Of a stretch of DNA of 11,250 bases, positions 1 through 6,364 are shown in pieces. Positions within the stretch are counted from its first letter, which is position 1; every line of letters begins with the position of its first letter. The stretch covers positions 1 through 11,250 of the forward strand of contig JBKHBH010000070.1 in assembly GCA_046542505.1 (NCBI GenBank), given 5' to 3'. The translations under genes were made by a program, and so were the position numbers. The DNA is from Thermovirgaceae bacterium (lineage in GTDB: Bacteria > Synergistota > Synergistia > Synergistales > Thermovirgaceae). The notes under the pieces were generated by a model. That model saw only the letters and a program-made list of their open reading frames with translations, was not told where the DNA came from and made no database searches.

Positions 1-764
1 GCGACGGCAAGGCTTTTATCGCCATGATGAAAAAGCTCGCCTACCGGGAAGGCATCGGTGACCTGCTGGCCGACGGCATGGTGGAAGCCGCGGAAAAGTT
101 CGGGGGCGACGCGAAATATTACCTTTCCCACATGAAGGGGCAGCCTTCCGTCGAACCTTTCAGAACCTGCAAGGGATGGGGGCTGGCGGTGGCCACGTCC
201 CCTGTGGCGGGCCGGCACCTGCGGGGGGCGACCATGGGTTCCGCCCGTTTCGGCCCCAGGCCTCGGCCCGGATCCACTCCTGTCGACCCGGCCGGGTATG
301 AAAACCAGCCGGAGATCACCTTCTGGCAGGCCCGAAGCAAGGAGATCGAGGACAACCTGGGCATCTGCAGTTACGTTGGCACCTGGACGGGGGCGAACTT
401 TCTCAGGATCGGGGACTTCGTGGATTTCATCAGGTTCGGTCTGGGAATGGATGTCGATGAAGATGATCTCATGGAACACTACGCCAGGGTAGGGCGGAAC
501 CTGGAAAAGGCCTTCAACGCCCTTCACACGGACATGGGAAGGGAAGACGACCTTCCGCCGGAACGTTTCCGCAGGGAAGGGATCGCTTCCGGTCCGCATC
601 GCGGGGAAAAAGCGGACGAGGACAAGTACAACATGATGCTCGACGAATTCTACGAGCTCTGGGGATGGGAAAAAACGGGGATGCAGACGAGACGATGCCT
701 GGAAGAACTGGGCCTTGATGATGTGATCGAGCGGCTTGAAAAGGCGGGGAAACTGGCTGACTGA
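1..764 (+). CDS. Aldehyde:ferredoxin oxidoreductase (AOR/WOR) family protein, C-terminal part; 5' end lies outside the window
   Basis: The frame is open from base 3 (DGKAFIAMMKKLAYREGIGDLLADG...) to TGA at 762-764. Family-typical segments are AYREGIGDLLADG, KGWGLAVATSP, DNLGIC (probable Fe-S cysteine), NLEKAFN, REDDLPPERF, MLDEFYELWGW and LEELGL. Confidence 0.9.
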   Translation, partial: DGKAFIAMMKKLAYREGIGDLLADGMVEAAEKFGGDAKYYLSHMKGQPSVEPFRTCKGWGLAVATSPVAGRHLRGATMGSARFGPRPRPGSTPVDPAGYENQPEITFWQARSKEIEDNLGICSYVGTWTGANFLRIGDFVDFIRFGLGMDVDEDDLMEHYARVGRNLEKAFNALHTDMGREDDLPPERFRREGIASGPHRGEKADEDKYNMMLDEFYELWGWEKTGMQTRRCLEELGLDDVIERLEKAGKLAD

Positions 765-772
765 GGTGAAGT

Positions 773-1432
773 CTAACCCCTGTCGATGCTCCGCTCGGCA
801 CCGTCGGTTTCCAGGACGAAAAGCTGTACGATCCATTTCCTTTCCTCGCGGCCGAGGGAATCGTAGTTTTCTCCCCGGCCGATGCAGGTGAAACCGAGCC
901 GGGTGAGCATGAGTTCGAGCCTGTCGGGCGAGAGGCCGTTGAACAGGCGGCCCCTTTCGTCCCGTCGCTGGATGGGTTCGCCGGCTGTGTTTACAGGGAG
1001 CGACACCAGAAGGCGTCCGCCGGGCTTGAGGACACGCCTCAGTCCGAAGGCGGCGTCAAAGAGGGCTTCTTCCGGAAGGTGCATCAAAACGGCGGAGCAG
1101 AGGATGCCGTCCAAGCTGTGGTCGCCGATGGTCTCAAGGCCGGGGAGGGCGTCGCAGGCGAGGCGGTCCTTGAGGACGGGGTCTCTTCTGAAGCCTTCGG
1201 TGACGAGCTCCCGGCAGGGGTCCACGCCGAAGGCGTCGTAGCCGGCTTCAAGAAGAAGGAGCACGTCACGGCCTGCGGCGGTCCCGACGTCGAGGATCTT
1301 TGATCCCTTGGGAAAGGCCGCGGCAAACCAGAATTCGATCCCGCCCCTGGCGCGTGCATATCTCTGGGCCAGGGCCCTGGCGTTGTTTTTGTAATATTTC
1401 TGTGTCTTTTGGTCGGAAGAGGCCTCTTTCAT
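773..1432 (-). CDS. Class I SAM-dependent methyltransferase domain protein, possibly C-terminally truncated
   Basis: 219-aa ORF with motif I ILDVGTAAGRD, AFGVDP, DGILCSAVLMHLP and RRVLKPGGRLLVSLP. It ends 8 bp from the convergent AOR stop codon. Confidence 0.85.
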   Translation of the reverse strand: MKEASSDQKTQKYYKNNARALAQRYARARGGIEFWFAAAFPKGSKILDVGTAAGRDVLLLLEAGYDAFGVDPCRELVTEGFRRDPVLKDRLACDALPGLETIGDHSLDGILCSAVLMHLPEEALFDAAFGLRRVLKPGGRLLVSLPVNTAGEPIQRRDERGRLFNGLSPDRLELMLTRLGFTCIGRGENYDSLGREERKWIVQLFVLETDGAERSIDRG

Positions 1433-1465
1433 GTCGGAAGTTCATCCTTTAAGAGGCTTTTTCTC

Positions 1466-2071
1466 TCACAGCCATTTTGCGAAAGTTGCCTCCAGATATG
1501 GCCACATAACTTTTTCGACGCGGCAAATTCCGGCGTATCTGAGCAGTTTGTCAAAATCTGGTGTCATCCGTGTTCTGTAGAGCTTGAGCGCTTCCAGTGT
1601 CACATCCATTCCGATCTTGTTGCGAAACTTGAAGCAGTCGGCAAGGGTCTTTTCGGGGTTATAGACCTTTACGGAAACTTCATCGATCAGATGTTCCTCG
1701 ATACCGGAGTTGTATGTCTCAGTCGAAAATTTGTGGACCTGGATTGGAGGAAAATCGAGATATGGTGCACGCGATTTTCTTGGCACTGCCACCGAAACGG
1801 CATGGGGAACCTGGGTAGTTATGTTATGGAATGCGAGTGCGGAGACGAGACAAATTACGGCGTTTGGAAATCGAAGGCTCACTGTAACCAGATCGGGATT
1901 GCTGATCGGCGGAAGTTCGACCAGTCGATATACTCCCCTGCTGACACGCTTGATGATCCCCTTGTCTTTGAGAGAATAAAGTGTATAGCGTGTAATGCCA
2001 AGCTTTAAAGCTTCACTCATCCTGAGCCTGCCGTTATGCTCGCGGAAAATTTCTTCAGGTGATTTTTTCAT
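1466..2071 (-). CDS. Type IV toxin-antitoxin system AbiEi-family antitoxin (winged-HTH transcriptional regulator)
   Basis: 201 aa. N-terminal wHTH (GRLRMSEALKLGITRYTLYSLKDKGIIKRVSRGVYRL), then VICLVSALAFHNITTQVP and VYNPEKTLADCFKFRNKIGMDVTLEALKLY, which are characteristic of this family. GGAG ribosome-binding site 7 nt before the ATG. Confidence 0.88.
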   Translation of the reverse strand: MKKSPEEIFREHNGRLRMSEALKLGITRYTLYSLKDKGIIKRVSRGVYRLVELPPISNPDLVTVSLRFPNAVICLVSALAFHNITTQVPHAVSVAVPRKSRAPYLDFPPIQVHKFSTETYNSGIEEHLIDEVSVKVYNPEKTLADCFKFRNKIGMDVTLEALKLYRTRMTPDFDKLLRYAGICRVEKVMWPYLEATFAKWL

Positions 2072-2080
2072 TCTACGCTC

Positions 2081-2126
2081 CAGACAAAATGTACTTATTT
2101 GTTCATAAATGATAACATTATGTCTG
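2081..2126. promoter_or_regulatory. 20-bp imperfect inverted repeat, putative AbiEi autoregulatory operator
   Basis: Left arm CAGACAAAATGTACTTATTT (2081-2100), 6-bp spacer GTTCAT, right arm AAATGATAACATTATGTCTG (2107-2126). 16 of 20 positions are complementary, including 11 of the outer 12. It overlaps the predicted -10 box of the antitoxin gene. Confidence 0.7.
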
Positions 2127-2145
2127 AATTCGACTGAGAAATCAA
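2117..2145 (-). promoter_or_regulatory. Sigma70-type promoter for the AbiEi antitoxin gene
   Basis: On the minus strand: TTGATT (2145-2140), 17-nt spacer, CATAAT (2122-2117), about 45 nt upstream of the start codon. Confidence 0.6.
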
Positions 2146-2277
2146 GCCATCATAGCGTTGCTTAAACATAAGAAGTGGGATCAGGAAGTTCCAAAACAAG
2201 GTGCTCCTTTGTCCTCCAGATCGAAACATGCTTTCTTCTTGGCTCGCGTGGTCAATAGACTAAACCGTTGCACTTCC

Positions 2278-3444
2278 TCAAAACAGCCTGATGATCGAGT
2301 TGAGGCTGCTTTTTCTTTTGAGGCCGACGAAGGCCTTGCAGGGCAGGTAAAGGGCGGCGAGCCCCAGAAACCAGCAGAGGTAGCCAACCTCGTAGCTTGG
2401 TGGCTGGGGGAAAATTTTGCCTACCAGCAGGAAAAAATACAGGTGCAGGATGTAGAAGAAAAAGGGGCATTTCCCGAAGACCTGCAGGGGGTTTTTGCTG
2501 TCGCTCCAGAATCGCCCGGCCCTGGAGAAAGCCGAAATGGCCAGCAGCGCGACGCCGGAAAAAAGCAGCATGTAGGTGATGCTGGGCGGATATTTGTTTA
2601 CCGCCAGGAAGGCGATGACGCCTTCGCCTTCGACGGGATGGGTGTTCCCGAAGCCGCCCGAAAGGCGAAGCAAGACGAAACCTGCCACGAGGGCTGCTCC
2701 GACGAAAGGAAGCATATGCTCCGTTTTGACGCGTTCGGCCTGGAGACGGCGGGCGAGCACCATGCCGAAGAGGGCGAAGACAAACCAGGGGAGCACCGGG
2801 TAGAGGACGAAGACGCGAAGGTACTCCGTTTTTAGCCCCGAGGGAATGAAGGAAAACATCACAGGCAGGCTGACGGATTCCATGGGCTCGGCAAAGCCCA
2901 GGTGGACGTTGACGAGCCACTGGGTTATGACAGCCAGGACGATTCCGAGGGCGGCCAGGGCTCTCGCGGGAACTCGAAGCAACAAAGACCCGAGGGCCAT
3001 GGATCCGGCAAGGGAATAGAGCACACCGAATTCGAGGGCAATGCCGGGGTTGTCGGCCTGCGATGGATATGCAAAAGACCAGACGAGATTCTCCATGGTC
3101 AGCATGATGGCGACCAGAACGGCAGCCCGGGTCCAGTAATGGCGGATGATCTTGACCTCGGTCCACCCCGCTTCATGCCTGCTTTTGGCGAAAAAGACCA
3201 TTCCCGCCCCCATGATGAGGGCGAACCCGGGGGCACAGCTGTGGGTGACAAACCGTGTGAAAAAGGCCTGGAGGGTGCCGTAGTCCGGAACGGGCATAGC
3301 CCAGAACTCGAAAAAGCCCTTGTGGCACACCAGGCCCATGGTGTGATCAAGGGCCATGAGCACCATGATGAGACCGCGCGTGGCATCCAGTTCCGGAAGA
3401 CGCCTGTTGACTGAAAACAGCTGCATGTCATTATCCTGCGGCAT
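2278..3444 (-). CDS. DUF1624 / heparan-alpha-glucosaminide N-acetyltransferase-like multi-pass membrane protein (putative acyltransferase)
   Basis: Motifs RLPELDATRGLIMVLMALDH, FFTRFVTHSCAPGF, YPVLPW, NKYPPSITY and VFGKCPFFFYILH, plus many hydrophobic helices. I placed the start at the ATG at 3444 (MPQDND, 388 aa) because GGAG sits 7 nt upstream; the ORF track extends the frame to 3507. Confidence 0.82.
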   Translation of the reverse strand: MPQDNDMQLFSVNRRLPELDATRGLIMVLMALDHTMGLVCHKGFFEFWAMPVPDYGTLQAFFTRFVTHSCAPGFALIMGAGMVFFAKSRHEAGWTEVKIIRHYWTRAAVLVAIMLTMENLVWSFAYPSQADNPGIALEFGVLYSLAGSMALGSLLLRVPARALAALGIVLAVITQWLVNVHLGFAEPMESVSLPVMFSFIPSGLKTEYLRVFVLYPVLPWFVFALFGMVLARRLQAERVKTEHMLPFVGAALVAGFVLLRLSGGFGNTHPVEGEGVIAFLAVNKYPPSITYMLLFSGVALLAISAFSRAGRFWSDSKNPLQVFGKCPFFFYILHLYFFLLVGKIFPQPPSYEVGYLCWFLGLAALYLPCKAFVGLKRKSSLNSIIRLF

Positions 3445-3479
3445 GAAGAGTCTCCGTTTGAAAGGTTTTGGATAAATCC

Positions 3480-3522
3480 AGTGTATTGCATATTTGTGAA
3501 CCGACAAAACAAGATGTACTGT
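3480..3522. promoter_or_regulatory. Candidate overlapping divergent promoters for the DUF1624 and DUF488 genes
   Basis: Minus strand: TTGTCG (3507-3502), 16 nt, TACACT (3485-3480). Plus strand: TTGTGA (3494-3499), 17 nt, TACTGT (3517-3522). Both lie in an AT-rich intergenic segment, and the consensus matches are weak. Confidence 0.3.
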
Positions 3523-3567
3523 GAATCGAAGTCACGGTTTTGAATTCAGGAAAAAAGGTTGGGGATC

Positions 3568-4203
3568 ATGAAAGAACTCTACACCATCGGGCATTCGACG
3601 CACCCTTTGGAGGGTTTTCTCGAGCTTCTCGGGATGCAAGGTGTTACCGCCGTCGCCGACGTGCGGTCCGTGCCCTACAGCAGGTTCAATCCCCAGTACA
3701 ACAGGGAGACCCTCAAAAACTCGCTGGAGGATGCCGGGATCGCCTACGTGTGGCTGGGAATGGAGCTTGGGCCCAGGGGGCACGAGCCAAACTGTTACGT
3801 GGAGGGCAAATCGCCCTACCCTTGCATCGCGCAGACGGAGCTTTTCAGGGAGGGGCTCGAAAGGCTCCGCAGGGGGATGGAGAAACACCGGGTGGCCATG
3901 ATGTGTGCCGAGAAGGACCCCGTCACCTGCCATCGGATGATTTTGATCTGCAGGGCGCTCCGCCGGGAAACGATGAAGATTTGGCACATCCGCGAGGATG
4001 GCAGCCTCGAAAGCCTCGCAGAGTCGGAAAAACGGCTTGCCCGAACGCTCAAGCTGGAACGGCTCGAGCTTTTCGAAACGGAAGACGACTTCGTTGAGCG
4101 TGCCTACGACATGCAGGGGCAAAGGCTTACATCTGCCGGGAAAAAGAAGGCAGGCGTACCCTTTCAGTCAAAACCTGCAAAAGGGGAAAACCAATCGCGA
4201 TGA
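3568..4203 (+). CDS. DUF488 family protein (long form)
   Basis: Motifs LYTIGHSTH, VADVRSVPYSRFNPQYNRETL, YVWLGMELG and MMCAEKDPVTCHR. I placed the start at ATG 3568 (MKELYTIG); the ORF track uses TTG at 3559. Confidence 0.87.
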   Translation: MKELYTIGHSTHPLEGFLELLGMQGVTAVADVRSVPYSRFNPQYNRETLKNSLEDAGIAYVWLGMELGPRGHEPNCYVEGKSPYPCIAQTELFREGLERLRRGMEKHRVAMMCAEKDPVTCHRMILICRALRRETMKIWHIREDGSLESLAESEKRLARTLKLERLELFETEDDFVERAYDMQGQRLTSAGKKKAGVPFQSKPAKGENQSR

Positions 4204-4235
4204 TTTGCCGAGCCTGGATTCAGCATCCTGAAGAT

Positions 4236-4264
4236 TTCACAAGCGGCAGCAGCACAGGTAGAAT
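4236..4264 (+). promoter_or_regulatory. Sigma70-type promoter upstream of the PLP enzyme gene
   Basis: TTCACA (4236-4241), 17-nt spacer, TAGAAT (4259-4264); each box matches consensus at 5 of 6 positions. A strong AAGGAGG ribosome-binding site follows before ATG 4319. Confidence 0.6.
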
Positions 4265-4318
4265 AAGACTGAATGGAAAATGAAACGGGCAGCTGGATGA
4301 TTTCAAGGAGGGATCTGG

Positions 4319-5788
4319 ATGGAGGCTTTGTCCAAGTACCAGTGGTACCAGAAGATTTACGAAAAAACGGCTGACATCGTCAGGGAGGCCCGGGAATTCG
4401 GCGAAAAACTGGGTCTAGGCAAGCTGAAGGATGACATCGGGATGTACGCGGGAAGCTCCTCGCGGCCCGGGAACCTGCCCAAATACGTGCTGGACGAGAT
4501 CGTCAAGGCGAATACCACGGGCAAGGTGGTGCCTCTCCGGAACCTGGAGGACCAGCTCCGGGACGTGGTGAAAAGCGTTTACGGCGACGAGTACGATGCA
4601 GTCGCGGCCAATACCTGCGAGGCCTGCATCCGGATCGCCCTCTCGACCCTGTTCCAGCCACCCACGATGCGGCTTGGCGACGCCTACCGGAGCCGGGTGA
4701 TCATGCCCTACGCCGAGGACATCGAGTGGGTCGGCGGGTACGGGCGGTTCTTCCCGCCGAAGTACAAGAACCTCCTCGTGGATCGGACCGTCGCCGCCGG
4801 GGAGCTGGGGGTGGAGGGAAAGAGCCTTTTCAACCTGGACATCGTGCTGGTGAAGCTCGCCGGCGCCACCTATGACTGCCACGGGGTACGCTGGAACCCC
4901 ACGCCGCTTCTGACGCAAGTCGACGCAGGGAAATCGCTGGACCGGCTCGCCAGAACCGCCGAACGGCAGGCCAGGGATCTCGCGGGTTTTGCCGCCGTGG
5001 GATACGACACGCCGAGCTACGGCCATGGGGAGCTCGACGAGAACGGAACGCCCGTTTTCCTGAAGGGCATGGCTTCCCTCGCTGAAGAATATGACGTTCC
5101 CTTCATGGTTGACGTGGGGAGTTCCATTCCCTTCGTGGGGGCCGATCCCCGGAAGATGGGCTGCGACGTGATCACATACAGCATGGACAAGGCCGGCAGG
5201 GCTCCCTGCTCCGGTCTCATGATCGGCAGGGAAGAGGCCATGTCCCAGATCCGCAAGGGCATGGGGCTTGGCGGGCAACGTTTCGGCGAACTGTCGTCCC
5301 ACGGGAAGGCCGTTTACACTTTCGCCGATCCGGGCCGCGACACCGTGGCGGGCCTCGTGGCCTACCTTCGGACCTTGCGTGACCATTCCCGCCTGGTCAC
5401 CGACCCCATCGACAGGTACCATGAGATCCTCGTCGAGGAATTCGAGGCAGTTGAGCCCGAATGGGTCCGCGAGAAGCTTCTTTTCGTCAAGACGTACCAG
5501 CTTGGTGGCACGGAGATAAATTACGAGAGAACCTGGGACGACCGCCAGGGCATGCCCATCTACACCTTGGAAGACCTCTGGGCCGACACCAACCCCGTTG
5601 TGCTGGCGCAGCTTGCCATGGGAGTGGAGCCCGCGACGATCTATGCCGGGAAAATGTTCATAGGCCCAGGTCTGGGGACCCTCGACAACGACGGAAACCT
5701 CATCGAGGAATACGCCCGCCTGAGCGCCAAGAGTCTTGTGGCCGCCGTGAATATCGTCAACAAATATGCGGGGCTGATGGAAGACTAG
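4319..5788 (+). CDS. Uncharacterised fold-type-I PLP-dependent enzyme, SelA-like
   Basis: 489 aa with AAGGAGG RBS and GC-rich third codon positions. VPFMVDVGSS (D265) and GCDVITYSMDKAGRAPCSGLMIGR (K291) resemble the PLP-binding Asp and Schiff-base Lys motifs of SelA-like proteins (SelA: DLV.FSGDKLLGGPQAGII.G). The CDS itself is well supported; the family call is moderate. Confidence 0.72.
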   Translation: MEALSKYQWYQKIYEKTADIVREAREFGEKLGLGKLKDDIGMYAGSSSRPGNLPKYVLDEIVKANTTGKVVPLRNLEDQLRDVVKSVYGDEYDAVAANTCEACIRIALSTLFQPPTMRLGDAYRSRVIMPYAEDIEWVGGYGRFFPPKYKNLLVDRTVAAGELGVEGKSLFNLDIVLVKLAGATYDCHGVRWNPTPLLTQVDAGKSLDRLARTAERQARDLAGFAAVGYDTPSYGHGELDENGTPVFLKGMASLAEEYDVPFMVDVGSSIPFVGADPRKMGCDVITYSMDKAGRAPCSGLMIGREEAMSQIRKGMGLGGQRFGELSSHGKAVYTFADPGRDTVAGLVAYLRTLRDHSRLVTDPIDRYHEILVEEFEAVEPEWVREKLLFVKTYQLGGTEINYERTWDDRQGMPIYTLEDLWADTNPVVLAQLAMGVEPATIYAGKMFIGPGLGTLDNDGNLIEEYARLSAKSLVAAVNIVNKYAGLMED

Positions 5789-5893
5789 TTGCGGCTGCAG
5801 TTTGCCATGAAGGCGTTCAGCCTGCGAAACCACGGGCGAGCCATTGAAGGCCCAGACACAACCCCGACGCATCCATTTTAAAAAAAGAAGTCC

Positions 5894-5936
5894 AACCCCC
5901 GTGTACCGGATTTCCGGGCGCGGGGGTTTTTTGTTT
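5894..5936 (+). terminator. Rho-independent terminator after the PLP enzyme gene
   Basis: AACCCCCGTGTACCGG-ATTT-CCGGGCGCGGGGGTT forms a long GC stem with G-U pairs and one bulge, followed by TTTTGTTT. An A-run lies just upstream. Confidence 0.8.
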
Positions 5937-6173
5937 GCAAGGCAAAGCGTTTCCCAATTTGTTTGACAGCCAGACTGTTTGGAAATGGAGGTGCCAGATC
6001 CGGAGGGTTGAGCAGCTCTTTTTGATCCGGTGTCCGTCATTCAGCCCGTCAGGTTTTGACGCACTTTTCCCGGATAAACCCGGGATGAAAACAGAGGCAG
6101 CCGGCCAACGCAAAGGGACGTGGAGGATTAGAGGAGATCGTTATTTTTTCATTTGTCAAAGTAAAACGTTGCC

Positions 6174-6203
6174 TTGACACTTGAAGTTGCAAGGGTTTAT
6201 GCT
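6174..6203 (+). promoter_or_regulatory. Sigma70-type promoter for the IclR-panB-panE-ilvD cluster
   Basis: Perfect TTGACA (6174-6179), 18-nt spacer, TATGCT (6198-6203), with an AT-rich tract upstream. Confidence 0.6.
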
Positions 6204-6228
6204 GTATTTGTCGATTATTGTATAACAC

Positions 6229-6247
6229 TGTGCCATAATGCGGAACA
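6229..6247. promoter_or_regulatory. Putative IclR-family operator (imperfect palindrome)
   Basis: TGTGCCAT-AAT-GCGGAACA. It resembles the GKTYCRY-W3-RYGRAMC type of IclR binding site as I recall it (one mismatch) and lies just downstream of the predicted promoter. Confidence 0.5.
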
Positions 6248-6364
6248 AATCGTCCTCCATTTTGACTTGTTCATTTTCCGACTGCGGATCATCAGGCAGC
6301 CGGGAGTTCGGCCCGATAAAATGTCCTGTTCGTGATAAAAGCCTGAAAAAAAACGGTGAGGACC

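Noticed and set aside
1409..2008. 199-aa plus-strand ORF opposite the antitoxin, considered as a hidden toxin
   Set aside because: It has no nucleotidyltransferase motif, no RBS, and lies almost entirely antisense to a well-supported gene.
2158..3414. ORFs 2158-2835 (+), 2252-3166 (-) and 2902-3414 (+)
   Set aside because: Alternative-frame or antisense overlaps of the DUF1624 gene with unnatural composition.
3520..3536. TGTGA-N7-TCACG as a CRP-like site
   Set aside because: The spacer is 7 rather than 6 bp and one arm is imperfect.
4319..5788. Calling the PLP enzyme selenocysteine synthase (selA)
   Set aside because: Only the PLP Asp/Lys region resembles SelA. The SelA INATG and GGSFR segments are not recognisable and no selB is adjacent.
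4415..6040. 541-aa minus-strand ORF
   Set aside because: Antisense shadow of the PLP enzyme gene, expected from GC-rich codon bias. It has no recognisable motifs and crosses the terminator.
5935..6177. 80-aa plus-strand ORF in the intergenic region
   Set aside because: It starts with TTG inside the terminator tail, has no RBS, and ends in the -35 box.
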